DNA of 64,000 nt from an uncultured Verrucomicrobiae bacterium (GCA_963769025.1 CAVYKI010000006.1:352001-416000); one strand, 5' to 3'. Shown: positions 11,020-21,708, counted from the first letter of the stretch. Translations and numbers: made by a program. Notes: generated by a model from the letters alone, not told the origin.

Positions 11020-11080
11020 CGTGTCTGACCCGCAGGACGTAAAACGGTTCATGATCACAAACCCAAGCGTTAATCGCCCT

Positions 11081-12256
11081 ATGAGCACGACAATCACCAA
11101 ACGCACTCCCGCCAATTTCACCGACCGCCAGTTCCCGCCCTTCAGCCTTCCGCGGCTGCTGACGACCGTCTTCGCCCCGAAGGCCGGCCAGCGCGTGTGC
11201 ATCCTCATCGATCTCGACGACCCGCGCGACATCACGGATTTCCGTTTCCTGAAGAATCCCGATCTCGGCATCCAGCGGAACGCCTACGAGGTGTTTTACC
11301 TCGGCCTGCGCGACGGCGTCCTCGCCGAACTCGGTCTGACGGGCGGCGAGATGTTCGCCTACGAAGTGACCGGCGGCAGCAACCTCGACCTGCCGGAAAT
11401 CGCCTTCACGCCCGAGGGCCGCGAGGTGCGGATGGAGGACGCGATTTACACGAAATACGACATCGTCCTCTGCATCTCGACCTACTCGGCGACTGCGCCG
11501 CTGACGGCGTTCGCGAAGAAGTTCGGCTTCCGCGGCGCGACGATGCACGGGATGAACGCGACGATTTTGCGGAGCGGCCTCGCCGTGGACTATGACGACG
11601 TGAGCCGCGAGGCGGAAAAGCTCCGGCTCGGCATGACGCGCGCGGACTGGGTGGAGATTGACTACGTTTTCGACGGCAAATCCTACACGCTGCACCTCGA
11701 TCTCGGCGCGCAGGAGGCGCAGAAGAGCCACGGCCTCTGCCGCGGCGGCCCGGACATCGCGAATCTCCCTGCGGGCGAAATCTACTACGTGCCGAAGGAC
11801 GTGAGCGGACAGTTCCCGATGCGCTACGAGGACGGCACTGTCGGCCTCCAGCACGTGAAAAACGGCCGCATTTTCAAGGCGGAGCTCCTCCGCGGAAACG
11901 CGAAGACCATCGAGGAGCACAATGAAAAGCTCACGAGCGATCCGGTGACCGGCGAACTCGGGGAACTCGGCTTCGGCACCCAGCGCCTGCCCGTGAGCGG
12001 ACGCGACATTCAGGATGAAAAAATCCTCGGCACCATGCATGTCGCCACCGGGCGCAGCGATCATCTCGGCGGCAAGCTGACGCCGGACCGTTTTGCAAAT
12101 CGCAAGAACGCGACGCACGACGACATCCTCTTTTCGCCGACGAAGACGCCAGAGATCGCGGTCCCGCAGGTCCGCATGTCGCGCAACGGGCAGACGGTCG
12201 TGCTGATCGAAGGCTACGAGCCCGCGGCCTACATGCGCGGCCTGCTCGAAGCCTGA
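11081..12256 (+). CDS. Peptidase M29 (aminopeptidase T/AmpS)-like metalloprotein
   Basis: NLPAGEIY, GELGFGT, DEKILGTMHVATG, THDDI motifs of the M29 fold. Confidence 0.7.
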   Translation: MSTTITKRTPANFTDRQFPPFSLPRLLTTVFAPKAGQRVCILIDLDDPRDITDFRFLKNPDLGIQRNAYEVFYLGLRDGVLAELGLTGGEMFAYEVTGGSNLDLPEIAFTPEGREVRMEDAIYTKYDIVLCISTYSATAPLTAFAKKFGFRGATMHGMNATILRSGLAVDYDDVSREAEKLRLGMTRADWVEIDYVFDGKSYTLHLDLGAQEAQKSHGLCRGGPDIANLPAGEIYYVPKDVSGQFPMRYEDGTVGLQHVKNGRIFKAELLRGNAKTIEEHNEKLTSDPVTGELGELGFGTQRLPVSGRDIQDEKILGTMHVATGRSDHLGGKLTPDRFANRKNATHDDILFSPTKTPEIAVPQVRMSRNGQTVVLIEGYEPAAYMRGLLEA

Positions 12257-12278
12257 GCCGCGCGCGCGCTCCGCTCCG

Positions 12279-13034
12279 ATGAATCCGTACGAGACCGACA
12301 AGCTGGTCGGCGAATATCTGCTGTTCCACTACGGCACGCCGGAGGAAGTGCTGCCGTGGGATTTCGGCCCGTCGTCGGCGCTCGACTATCCCGTGCGCTG
12401 CGTGAGCGAATGCGTGGACGTCGCCTCGCTGCCGGCCAATGCGCGTGGACTGGATGTCGGCTGCGCCGTGGGGCGCGCGACGTTTGAGCTGGCCCGGCAC
12501 TGCGCGGAAGTCATCGGCATCGATTACTCGCGGCGATTTGTCGAGGTGGCCGCGGCTCTGGCGGGCGGAGGCACTTTCCCGTACGAGCGGACGGATGAGG
12601 GCTCGCTCGCGACGCGACTGGTCGCGGCCGTGCCCTCGGAGATGCCGCGCGGGCGGGCAAGTTTTGAGCATGGGGATGCGCAGAACCTGCGGCCGGACCT
12701 AGGTAGCTTCGACGTCGTCCTCGCGGCGAATCTCGTGGATCGCCTTGCGGACCCCGCGCGTTTTCTCGCGCGCTGTCCGGGTCTTGTCAAAAGCGGCGGA
12801 CAGTTGGTGATCACCTCGCCCTACACGTGGCTGCCGGAGTTCACCGCGCCGGAGCGGTGGGTGGGGGGATTTCTCGCCGATGGAGCGCCGCGCACGACGC
12901 TGCAAGGTCTCACGGCAGCGCTGTCGGAGCACTTCACGCTCGTGGGCACGAAGGATCTGCCTTTCCTCATCCGCGAGCACGCGCGGAAGTACCAATGGAG
13001 CGTCGCGCAGGCCAGCATCTGGAGGCGCAAGTGA
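12279..13034 (+). CDS. Stand-alone OvoA C-terminal-type (putative 4/5-mercaptohistidine N-) methyltransferase
   Basis: NPYETD..EYLLFHYG, LDVGCAVGRATFELA, ANLVDRL, SPYTW, PFLIREHARKYQ resemble the OvoA methyltransferase domain. Confidence 0.85.
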   Translation: MNPYETDKLVGEYLLFHYGTPEEVLPWDFGPSSALDYPVRCVSECVDVASLPANARGLDVGCAVGRATFELARHCAEVIGIDYSRRFVEVAAALAGGGTFPYERTDEGSLATRLVAAVPSEMPRGRASFEHGDAQNLRPDLGSFDVVLAANLVDRLADPARFLARCPGLVKSGGQLVITSPYTWLPEFTAPERWVGGFLADGAPRTTLQGLTAALSEHFTLVGTKDLPFLIREHARKYQWSVAQASIWRRK

Positions 13035-13036
13035 CC

Positions 13037-13624
13037 ATGCCTACCGACTGGGAGAATCGCTACCGGACGAAAGACATGCCGTGGGACAAGGGCGCGGCGC
13101 ATCCCGGCCTGATCGAATTCCTGAAGTCGAATCCCGTCCGCGGTCGCGTGCTCGTGCCTGGCTGCGGTCTCGGTTACGATGTCCGCGCGCTGGCGGCGAC
13201 GGCGGACGAGGTCGTCGGCCTCGACATCGCGCCTTCGGCCGTGACGGCGGCGAAAGCGCATCCGCCGGTCGGGGGCGAGCGCTACATGCTCGGCGATTTG
13301 TTTGCCCTGCCCAAGTCGCTGCGCGGCACATTCGACATGGTCTTTGAGCACACCTGCTTTTGCGCCATCGACCCGGAGCGCCGGGCGGACTACGTCGCCG
13401 CCGTCGCCTCCGCCCTTGCGCCAAAAGGCATGCTGCTCGCCGTCTTCTATCTCGATCCGGGATTGGATCCCGGTCAGACGGGGCCGCCGTTTGGAGTCAA
13501 ACGCGAGGAACTGGAGGCGTTTTTCAGCCCGCGGTTCGCGCTGCTCCGCGAATGGTCGCCCGCAGTGACCTACCCGGGCCGCGAGTCGCGCGAGACGTTC
13601 CGTCTGTTGCAATTCGTCGGCTAG
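13037..13624 (+). CDS. TPMT/halide-thiol methyltransferase-like SAM-dependent methyltransferase
   Basis: WENRY...PWDKG, VLVPGCGLGYD, FEHTCFCAI, GPPFG. Confidence 0.85.
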   Translation: MPTDWENRYRTKDMPWDKGAAHPGLIEFLKSNPVRGRVLVPGCGLGYDVRALAATADEVVGLDIAPSAVTAAKAHPPVGGERYMLGDLFALPKSLRGTFDMVFEHTCFCAIDPERRADYVAAVASALAPKGMLLAVFYLDPGLDPGQTGPPFGVKREELEAFFSPRFALLREWSPAVTYPGRESRETFRLLQFVG

Positions 13625-13687
13625 CTGCAACGGCGCGGCACCCAGGAAGCCCGCATTTCCGGGCTCAGAAAAGCGGGCCCTGCGATC

Positions 13688-13715
13688 TTGACTGCCGCGC
13701 TTCGCCTCCTAGTGT
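13688..13715 (+). promoter_or_regulatory. Putative sigma70-type promoter of tkt
   Basis: TTGACT-16 nt-TAGTGT, 30 nt upstream of the tkt start. Confidence 0.5.
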
Positions 13716-13745
13716 GCGCGCTCTTTTCTCACACCTGAAACACCT

Positions 13746-15734
13746 ATGTCCGCTATGAATATCGATGCCCTTTCCCGCGCAGCCACTGAAGCCCGTGGCC
13801 TCGCCATGGACGCCGTTCACGCCTGCAACTCCGGCCACCTCGGCCTCCCGCTCGGCTGCGCGGAGATCGGCGCCGTGCTCTACGGACACGCGCTTTCGCA
13901 CAATCCCGCCGACCCGAAGTGGCTGAACCGTGATCGCTTCATCCTGAGCGCCGGCCATGGCTCCATGTTCCTCTACTCGTGGCTGCACCTCAGCGGCTAC
14001 AAGCGCATGACGCTGGACGAGGTGAAGCATTTCCGCGCGCTCGGCAGCCACACCCCGGGTCACCCCGAGCAGTTTGAGACACCCGGCGTTGAGGCGACCA
14101 CGGGCCCGCTCGGACAGGGCGTGAGCAATGCCGTCGGCTTCGCGGTTTCGCAGAAAATGGCGGCGGCGAAATTCAACACGTCCGCGCACACCATCTTCGA
14201 CAACCACATCGTCTGCCTCGCAGGTGACGGCTGCATGCAGGAAGGCGTGGCGATGGAGGCGATGGGCTTCGCCGGGCACTTCAAACTCGACAACCTGATC
14301 CTCATTTATGACTCGAACGACGTGACGCTTGACGCGATGGCCATCGCCACGCAGAGCGAGGACGCGGCGAAGCGCTTCGAGGCGATCGAGTGGGGCGTCC
14401 AGACGGTCGATGGCAATGACATGCCGGCTTTCCTCGCCGCGTTTGAAAAGGCGAAAGCCGCGACGGGCAAGCCGCAGATGATCATCGCAAAGACGCTGAT
14501 CGGAAAAGGCATCCCGGAAGTCGCGGGCACCGCGAAGGCGCACGGCGAGGGCGGTGCGAAGTTCGTGGACGCCGCGCGCAAGGCGCTCGGCCTGCCGGAG
14601 GAGCATTTCTTCGTGAGCGCGGAGAGCCGCAGCTATTTCGCGGAGCAGGAAAAGCGGCACGCCGCGGCCTACGCAAAGTGGCAGGGTGTTTTCGCGGAGT
14701 GGAAGAAGGCGAACCCGGCGCTCGCCGCTGAGCTCGAAGGAGGCCTCAACAACACGATCCCGGCCGATTTGCTCGCCAAGATCCCGCAGTTCCCGGCGGA
14801 CGCGAAGCTCGCGACGCGCAAGGCGGGCAGCGATGTGCTGCAGCCCGTGGCCGAGGCGATGCCGCTGCTCGTCTCCGGCAGCGCGGACCTCCACGGCTCG
14901 ACGCTGAATTACATCAATTCGAGCAAGGACTTCGGCCCGCAGAACTGGGCCGGGCGCAACATCCGTTTCGGCATTCGCGAGCACGGCATGTGCGGCATCA
15001 TGAACGGCATCGCGTACGACGGCATCTTCCGCGCGAGCGGCGCGACGTTCCTCGTCTTCGCGGATTACTGCCGCGGCAGCATCCGCCTCGCGGCGCTCAG
15101 CGGCCTGCCGGCGGTTTACATTTTCACGCACGACAGCGTGGGCGTCGGCGAAGACGGTCCGACGCACCAGCCGGTCGAGACCGTGAGCGGCCTGCGTTTG
15201 ATCCCGAATCTCGACGTCATCCGCCCTGCCGATCCGGAGGAGACCGCGGGCGCGTTTGCCGCCGCGATGCAACGCACCGATGGCCCGACGCTGCTCGCGC
15301 TCACGCGCCAGGTCGTGGCGAACCTGAACGACATCCCCGTGCAGACTCGCCGCGAAGGCGTGACCAAGGGCGGTTACATCGCCGTGAAGGAAACGGGCAA
15401 GCTGGAGGCGATCCTCCTCAGCTCCGGCAGCGAAGTGCAGCACGCCGTGGCGGCCGCGAAGCAGCTCGGCGGCGGCGTCCGCGTCGTCAGCGTCCCGAGC
15501 TTCCACCGTTTCGACAAGCAGCCGCAGGCGTATCGCGACGAGGTGTTGCCACCCGCGTGCCGCAAGCGCGTCGCCATCGAAGCCGGCGTGTCCGGCCTCT
15601 GGTGGAAGTACGTGGGCCTCGACGGCAAGGTGGTCGCCATCGACCGCTTCGGCCTCAGCGCTCCCGGCGGAAAAGTGATGGAAGTTCTCGGCATCACGCC
15701 GCAGGCGGTCGTGGATGCGGTGAAGGCGCTGTAA
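13746..15734 (+). CDS. tkt: Transketolase
   Basis: [39 protein letters not shown] motif, [22 protein letters not shown]. Confidence 0.98.
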   Translation: MSAMNIDALSRAATEARGLAMDAVHACNSGHLGLPLGCAEIGAVLYGHALSHNPADPKWLNRDRFILSAGHGSMFLYSWLHLSGYKRMTLDEVKHFRALGSHTPGHPEQFETPGVEATTGPLGQGVSNAVGFAVSQKMAAAKFNTSAHTIFDNHIVCLAGDGCMQEGVAMEAMGFAGHFKLDNLILIYDSNDVTLDAMAIATQSEDAAKRFEAIEWGVQTVDGNDMPAFLAAFEKAKAATGKPQMIIAKTLIGKGIPEVAGTAKAHGEGGAKFVDAARKALGLPEEHFFVSAESRSYFAEQEKRHAAAYAKWQGVFAEWKKANPALAAELEGGLNNTIPADLLAKIPQFPADAKLATRKAGSDVLQPVAEAMPLLVSGSADLHGSTLNYINSSKDFGPQNWAGRNIRFGIREHGMCGIMNGIAYDGIFRASGATFLVFADYCRGSIRLAALSGLPAVYIFTHDSVGVGEDGPTHQPVETVSGLRLIPNLDVIRPADPEETAGAFAAAMQRTDGPTLLALTRQVVANLNDIPVQTRREGVTKGGYIAVKETGKLEAILLSSGSEVQHAVAAAKQLGGGVRVVSVPSFHRFDKQPQAYRDEVLPPACRKRVAIEAGVSGLWWKYVGLDGKVVAIDRFGLSAPGGKVMEVLGITPQAVVDAVKAL

Positions 15735-15813
15735 GGCGAAAATCCGGCAAGCGCCGAGGCATCTCCTTTTGCAGATTGCATCGCGGTCGTGAACTGGACA
15801 GCGTCCGCGCATC

Positions 15814-16377
15814 ATGGAAACGAACCCTTCTAATCCGTATCAGGCGCCGCAGTCCGACATCACCGTTCCGAGTACCGGCGGGCAGCTTGCCTCGCCGTGG
15901 ATTCGACTCGGCGCAGCCATCATCGACGGTCTCATCCTTTTGCCGATCAATTGGATTTTGCAGAAGCTCCTGCTGAAAATGCCCACGGCCGAGGAGATCA
16001 TGAGTGCCGCGCAGAGCGGCAAGCCGCTGGACCTTCAGGGCATGATGCCCGGTACCGGGAGCCTCATCATGGTGAGCGTCATCGGGATCGCCGCGTTTCT
16101 CGCCATCAACTACACCTTCCTCAAAAACGGCCAGACCGTCGGAAAGAAGCTGCTGAAACTCCAGATTCAGCGCCGCAGCGACGGTTCCCTCCTTCCGGTC
16201 CAGGAACTGATCCTCAAGCGCATCGGGCCCATCTGGGCTGTCAGCTTCCTCGCCGTGCTCATCCATCCGCTGATCAATCTTGCGCTCACCGTGGACGCCC
16301 TCTGCATTTTCCGTCCGGGCCGCAACACGCTGCACGACGACATCGCGGGCACGAAAGTGGTCGTCCTTCCCGCGTAA
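15814..16377 (+). CDS. RDD family membrane protein
   Basis: NPYQAP, LASPWIRLGAAIID, GQTVGKKLLKL, LHDDIAGTKVV. Confidence 0.9.
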   Translation: METNPSNPYQAPQSDITVPSTGGQLASPWIRLGAAIIDGLILLPINWILQKLLLKMPTAEEIMSAAQSGKPLDLQGMMPGTGSLIMVSVIGIAAFLAINYTFLKNGQTVGKKLLKLQIQRRSDGSLLPVQELILKRIGPIWAVSFLAVLIHPLINLALTVDALCIFRPGRNTLHDDIAGTKVVVLPA

Positions 16378-16389
16378 CGTCCCCAGATC

Positions 16390-17565
16390 TCAGAGAAGGC
16401 TGAGAGGGCTCTGGCGAGTCTTCAGCGGGAATGTGACGCGCTGGCCGCCGAGGCGGTGTGACTCGAAGACGGAGCTGATCATTTCCACGATGATCCGCCC
16501 GTCGTTCGCGCTGCACAGCGGCGCGCGGTTTTCACGGATGGCGGCGATCAAATCGCGCCCGGCTGCGGCGTGGCTGCTGATGAGTTTGCCAAGATTTTCG
16601 ATGGGCTCCGGCTTTCCGATGCCGGCGGTGGAGATCGGCGTCCACGCACGCGGTTCCTTGACGGGCTGGAATGGGTTGCCGGGCAGGAAGTGCGCGACTG
16701 GCTCCGTGTCGCAGCGAAGATCGATGATGCCGGCGGTCCCGATGAGCTGCAGGCCGAAGCCCGCGCGGGGGACGCCCGCCTTCTGGATTGAATCGAAGAA
16801 CGCGGGCATTCCGTGCTCCATCTCGAAGCGCGCATGCACCTCATTCCCGGCGAGCGGGCCGACTCCCTCCGCGCCGTCCTTCACGTCGGCACGTTCGATG
16901 GGGCGTCCGCCCTGGAGCACCGTCGCGGTGCAGGCGAGCGGCTTTCCGCCGAAAAAATGGATCATGTCCATGACATGCGAGCCCAGCACCCAGAGGTCGA
17001 GCGCGCCACCGCGGTCGTCCTCCTTGCCGCGGCCGCGCAGCTCGAGCACGCGGCCGATCGCGCCGTCCTTCACGAGCGCGGCCACCGTGGCGAATGCGGG
17101 GTGGTAGCGGTTGCGGTGGGCGATCGCGAGCTTGACGTTTCGCTTGTCGCACGCGGCGACAATTTCATCCGCCTCCGCCGGCGTGCGGCAGAATGGCTTC
17201 TCGACGTAGATGCCCTTCGCACCGGCCTCGGCCGCCGCGAGAATCATATCGCGATGCTCGTCCACAAATCTCGGTCCGACCGCGACGATGTCCGGCTTTG
17301 TCTCGGCGAGCATCTGGCGGTAGTCGGCGAAGCCGGGGATGCCGCCGAGCTTCTTCTGCGCAGCGGCGAGCCCGGCGGGGTCCGCGTCGGCGACGGCGGC
17401 GAGTTCAGTTTCCGGGACTTGCAGCCACATCGCATCGAGTCCGTGCCCGAAGTTGCCGCGGCCCGTGTGGCCGATGACTCCGACGCGGAATTTTTTCTCC
17501 TCGCCGCGCGCGGCGAGGGAAATTCCGGAGGCGATGCTGAGGGCGAGGAAGTGTCGGCGGTTCAT
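16390..17565 (-). CDS. Tat-exported Gfo/Idh/MocA family oxidoreductase
   Basis: NRRHFL Tat motif; VGVIGHTGRG Rossmann fold; EKPF motif. Confidence 0.9.
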   Translation of the reverse strand: MNRRHFLALSIASGISLAARGEEKKFRVGVIGHTGRGNFGHGLDAMWLQVPETELAAVADADPAGLAAAQKKLGGIPGFADYRQMLAETKPDIVAVGPRFVDEHRDMILAAAEAGAKGIYVEKPFCRTPAEADEIVAACDKRNVKLAIAHRNRYHPAFATVAALVKDGAIGRVLELRGRGKEDDRGGALDLWVLGSHVMDMIHFFGGKPLACTATVLQGGRPIERADVKDGAEGVGPLAGNEVHARFEMEHGMPAFFDSIQKAGVPRAGFGLQLIGTAGIIDLRCDTEPVAHFLPGNPFQPVKEPRAWTPISTAGIGKPEPIENLGKLISSHAAAGRDLIAAIRENRAPLCSANDGRIIVEMISSVFESHRLGGQRVTFPLKTRQSPLSLL

Positions 17566-17583
17566 GGGAGGTTCGCGTGAGGA

Positions 17584-18600
17584 TTAGCGTGCCGCCCAGC
17601 GGTAGGCTGCGCGGGAATTGTCGTGGAAATACTTCGCGGACGCGTCCGCGCCCTTGGTGGCGAAGTAATCGCGGACGATTTTCAACGCGGTGGCGTACGG
17701 AGCGACGAGTTCGATGACGGGCCAGTTGCTCCCGTAAACGAGGCGGTCGGGACCGAATCGTTTCCACAGCTCGTCAAATTCCGGCCGGTAGAATTCCGGA
17801 TCCGTGATGATGCCGTCGGCGTTTTTCCGCGCCACGTGGGAGACCTTGATGAACGTGTGCCGCAGCGCGGCAAATCTGCCGAGCACGTCGAGGTAGAGTT
17901 CGCGGTTCTTCGCAAGCACGGCCGTATCAGGCGGCAGGTGGTTCACGACGATCCGCAGGTCCGGGATTTCCGCCGCGATGCGCGCCATTTCCGCGAGCAT
18001 CGGGAGCTGGCAGTTGATGTCGAGCGTGAGGCCGGAATCGGCGAAGCGTTTCAAATCGGCGGCAAATTGCGGCACGTTGCGGTTGGCGCTGATCACGTCG
18101 TTCGCGATGCGGATGCCACGGAAGAGGGGATTTGCGGCGAAGCGTTTCAGATGGTCCGCGAAGCCTGCTTCGCCCGGATGCAGCCGGCCGATGATGCCGA
18201 GGATGAACGGGTCATCCTTTGCGAGGTCGAGCAGCCATTGGTTGTCCTCGAGCCATGCGCTCGCCTCGATCACCACGGTGCCGGTGACGCCGAGGCCTTC
18301 CGTCACTTTCCGGAGATGCACGGGGAGCGAGGGTTTGTAGAGCACGGCGGAATTCGGCGACGGCCACGGAACACCCTGCGGCCGGGTGGGGTCGTAGAAA
18401 TGCGGGTGGCAGTCGATGATCCTCAGGGGAGCGGATTTCGCAGCCGCGCTTGCGTCGGTGCATACGGCTGCGGCGAGGCTTGCGATTCCGATCCGGAGGA
18501 ACGTCCGGCGATCCGACGCCAGCGGACCGTGCGCGGGCGCGGTTGCGTGCGGGGTGCATCTTGTCGGGAGGATGGTCGGGGGGGAGGTCACGCCGGTCAT
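17584..18600 (-). CDS. Tat-exported amidohydrolase_2 family protein (L-fuconolactonase-like); start uncertain
   Basis: DRRTFL Tat motif, IIDCHPHF, VVNHL, YGSNWPV. Confidence 0.85.
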   Translation of the reverse strand: MTGVTSPPTILPTRCTPHATAPAHGPLASDRRTFLRIGIASLAAAVCTDASAAAKSAPLRIIDCHPHFYDPTRPQGVPWPSPNSAVLYKPSLPVHLRKVTEGLGVTGTVVIEASAWLEDNQWLLDLAKDDPFILGIIGRLHPGEAGFADHLKRFAANPLFRGIRIANDVISANRNVPQFAADLKRFADSGLTLDINCQLPMLAEMARIAAEIPDLRIVVNHLPPDTAVLAKNRELYLDVLGRFAALRHTFIKVSHVARKNADGIITDPEFYRPEFDELWKRFGPDRLVYGSNWPVIELVAPYATALKIVRDYFATKGADASAKYFHDNSRAAYRWAAR

Positions 18601-18824
18601 GTTTGCCGTGCCGTGCCCGTTCAGGCACGAAAAAATGACGCCGAAGGCGCTTGGGGCATGGGTTTCGAAGGGTGATTTTTTTCGGGCATTCCCCGGTGGG
18701 GGATGGTAGCCTGCTTCAGGCTTATGAAAGCGTTCCTCTGCGCAGTCGCGCTGGTGCTCTCTGCATCGGGTCAGGAATTGGCTGCGCGGGCAGTTTTCCA
18801 ACTCCAAATCAACTCCCCACCTCC

Positions 18825-21548
18825 ATGAAAACGAATGCCACCGTCCTGCAATGGACGATTGCTGCCGCCGCCTTGGGCGTCGCGCAGTTTGCCGCGTTGA
18901 GTCAAGACGAGGCCACGACCCGTCGGGTCTCCGGACAGGAAAGGGCTCAAGGTTCCCAGGTCATCATCAACCAGATCGACACCTCCGCCTTCCCCAAGGT
19001 GACGATTTTCGCGACCGTCCTGAAGGACGGTGTCCCCTTGCGCGGACTCGGGGCCGGTGACTTCAAGGTGCGCGAGGATGAAGTCGAGCAGGAGCCGCTG
19101 ACGGTCGTTCCGAAGCTGACCCCGCTCTCGGCGGTCGTGACGCTCGACACGAGCGGCTCCATGAAAAAGCGCCTGGCCGACGCCAAGACCGCAGCGAAGA
19201 GCTTCATCGACGCGCTGCCCGCTGACGACAAGCTGCAGCTCATCGGATTTTCGCGCGAGGTCAGACTGCTCACCCAGATGGGCGGGGATCGCGCAGCAGC
19301 CAAGCGAGCGGTGGACGCCACGACGGCGCGGGGTGACACCGCGCTCTTCGATGCTTTGCATGCCTCGGCACAGGCGCTCAAGGACAGGGCGGGACGCAAG
19401 GCGATCATCCTCCTGAGCGACGGCGCGGATGATGACGGCACAGGAAAGCAGATGAGCAAACATTCCCTCGACGAGGCGCTGGCGCTGGCGCGCGATGTGA
19501 ATGTGCCGGTCTTTGCGATCGGCATCGGAGACATCGACGAAGCTGTCTTGAAGAAGGCGGCGGGTCAGACGGGCGGCATGTTCCTCCTGGCCTCGCAGCC
19601 GGGCGAGTTGCAGAAGCTCTACGACAAAATCGGCGAACAGCTCGCGGGGCAGTACAACATCTACTACACGTCGAACCTGCCGGGAGACGGTTCCATGCAT
19701 CGCGTCCGGTTGGATTATGACAAAGCCTCCGCGACCAAGGAATACAAGTCTCCGATGCTGGTCGCCAGCGCCGCCGCTCCGAAGCCGGCGCCTGCGGCGG
19801 AACCCGCGCCGCAGCCTGCCGGTGAAGCCCCAATCATGGTTTTTGTGAAGCGCAACTTCGGCTGGGAAAACCCGCTCCACAGCGAGTTCAGCATCAATGG
19901 CAAGACCGTGGACATCTTCACTTCGGATACCCAGAAGGACGTCGGCAAATACCTGAAGGAAGGCTGGAATACGCTTTCGATCACCACGCGCCCGCAGGAT
20001 CCCGCGAACAAGGAGAACGACCTGATTTTCCGCATCGGCCCCGTGCGCAAGGACGCGAAGAGCAAGCAAATGGTCATGGATCCGGTGCTCTGGGAATTCC
20101 GCAATGGAACCGACTGGAAATTCAAGGATGGCAGGCATTCGCATCCGATGGGGCCGGAGACGAAGGAGGTGACGCTCACGTTCCCGGTGTACTTTGCAGG
20201 CATGGGCCTGGAAAAGCAGGAGATCAAAGCCGGCGACTACGTGCTCGCGGGCAAGCCAGGCTTCAACTCGTGGAACTCGCCCGTGAATGCCATGGTGTCG
20301 GTGAACGGGACGCCCTTGAACAGCTTCATGCTGGAGGCACGGCAGATCGTCGTCACATCCCTGCTCAAGGAGGGCAGGAACGAAGTGAAGATCGTCTCCA
20401 GCCGCGTGAAGAATGAATTCGCCGACAACGACATCAAAGTCTCACTGGGGGGGCCTGCGGAATACATCGCTGCGAAGAAGCAGTGGGAGGTGAAGCCCAT
20501 CGTGGAGGTTTCGGCCATGCAGGGCTGGGACAAGGACCAGCGCACCGGCCAGCTGTTCAGCAAGGCAACGCCGGAGGCTGATACCATCGAGCGGGTGGTT
20601 CCATTCTTCCTCGATGAAGCACCTGCCGGCGCGAAGGGAGGCCAGCCAAAGGCGGCGGCCCCCGGGGTGCCGCGCGCGGAGGCTGCACCGCAGAAAGGGG
20701 TCTCCGGAGCAGCAGGAGGTGAAGCGGCTGGCGCTCCTGTGAACAGCCCGATCGCGGTGTTGGCAAAGCGCAACTTCAGCAGTTGGGAAAATCCGCTGCA
20801 CAGCGAATTCAGTGTCAACGGGAAGACGGTCGATATCTTCAGTTCCGACACACAAAAAGACATCGGGAAGCAGCTCAAGCAGGGCTGGAATGAAATCAGC
20901 ATCACCACCCGTCCCCAATCGCCTGCCAACAGCGAGAACGATCTGATTTTCAGGATCGGTCCGATGGGCAAGGATCCAAAGGGCGCCGGATCCATCATGG
21001 AGCGTGTGCTGTGGAGGTTCCGCAACGGCGGTGACTGGAAGCTGGACAAGGACAAGGGCAGCTATTCGCACCCGCTCGGACCCGGCACGAAGGAGGTGAC
21101 GATCTCCCATCCGCTGTTTTTCGCGGGCATGGAGCACGAGACCGCGGCTGTGAAAGCCGGTGATTACGTGCTGGCGGGCAAGCCTGGCTTTGACTCGTGG
21201 AACTCGCCCGTGGTGGCGATGGTCTATGTGAATGGCACGCCGCTCAATAGCTTCACGCTGGAAACCCGCCAGGTGGTGATCACCCCGCTGGTCAAGGCCG
21301 GTGCCAACGAGATCAAGCTTGTGTCCAAGCGGGTGAAGAATGTGTTTCAGGACAACGACATCAAATTCTCCGTCGGCGGCCCCGCGGAATGGATCCCCGC
21401 CAAATCCGCATTCGAGGTGAAGCAGATCGTGAAGTTCGATGCCATGCAGGGCTGGGAGAGGGACAAGAAGACCGGCCAGATGGTCAACAAGGACAATCCT
21501 GAATCCGACACCATCGAACGCGTCATCCCCTTCACCTTGGAAAAATAG
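18825..21548 (+). CDS. Secreted VWA-domain protein with two tandem ~260-aa domains of unknown function
   Basis: Signal peptide; MIDAS motif DTSGS...GDTAL...LSDG; Pro/Ala linkers; duplicated C-terminal module. Confidence 0.88.
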   Translation: MKTNATVLQWTIAAAALGVAQFAALSQDEATTRRVSGQERAQGSQVIINQIDTSAFPKVTIFATVLKDGVPLRGLGAGDFKVREDEVEQEPLTVVPKLTPLSAVVTLDTSGSMKKRLADAKTAAKSFIDALPADDKLQLIGFSREVRLLTQMGGDRAAAKRAVDATTARGDTALFDALHASAQALKDRAGRKAIILLSDGADDDGTGKQMSKHSLDEALALARDVNVPVFAIGIGDIDEAVLKKAAGQTGGMFLLASQPGELQKLYDKIGEQLAGQYNIYYTSNLPGDGSMHRVRLDYDKASATKEYKSPMLVASAAAPKPAPAAEPAPQPAGEAPIMVFVKRNFGWENPLHSEFSINGKTVDIFTSDTQKDVGKYLKEGWNTLSITTRPQDPANKENDLIFRIGPVRKDAKSKQMVMDPVLWEFRNGTDWKFKDGRHSHPMGPETKEVTLTFPVYFAGMGLEKQEIKAGDYVLAGKPGFNSWNSPVNAMVSVNGTPLNSFMLEARQIVVTSLLKEGRNEVKIVSSRVKNEFADNDIKVSLGGPAEYIAAKKQWEVKPIVEVSAMQGWDKDQRTGQLFSKATPEADTIERVVPFFLDEAPAGAKGGQPKAAAPGVPRAEAAPQKGVSGAAGGEAAGAPVNSPIAVLAKRNFSSWENPLHSEFSVNGKTVDIFSSDTQKDIGKQLKQGWNEISITTRPQSPANSENDLIFRIGPMGKDPKGAGSIMERVLWRFRNGGDWKLDKDKGSYSHPLGPGTKEVTISHPLFFAGMEHETAAVKAGDYVLAGKPGFDSWNSPVVAMVYVNGTPLNSFTLETRQVVITPLVKAGANEIKLVSKRVKNVFQDNDIKFSVGGPAEWIPAKSAFEVKQIVKFDAMQGWERDKKTGQMVNKDNPESDTIERVIPFTLEK
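19830..21545 (+). repeat. Intragenic duplication (units ~19830-20612 and ~20748-21545)
   Basis: Both units read KRNF..WENPLHSEFS.NGKTVDIF.SDTQKD...ENDLIFRIGP...KAGDYVLAGKPGF.SWNSPV...AMQGW...DTIERV.PF.L. Confidence 0.95.
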
Positions 21549-21708
21549 CCACGGGAACCGCCGCCGCGACGGCAGGCTCCCGTCTCCTCGGCGTGGCGTC
21601 CTGTGGCGTCTGGAAAAAGAGGCGGATTTGCCGGAAAATCCTGTTCTGAAGAAAGTGCGCCTGTGATTCACGTTGGATCGCGCGGCGGTGTGCGTACAGT
21701 CGCCGCAT

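Noticed and set aside
13665..15815. Very long antisense or alternate-frame ORFs (e.g. 13665..15815 -, 55954..57840 +, 35722..37485 +, most of 1129..3657 -)
   Set aside because: They mirror well-supported genes on the other strand and have Arg/Ala/Gly-rich composition with no motifs, as expected from high-GC codon bias.
21551..21583. Hairpin after the VWA gene as a REP element
   Set aside because: Imperfect, single copy in the window and with no U-tract; cannot be distinguished from a weak terminator.
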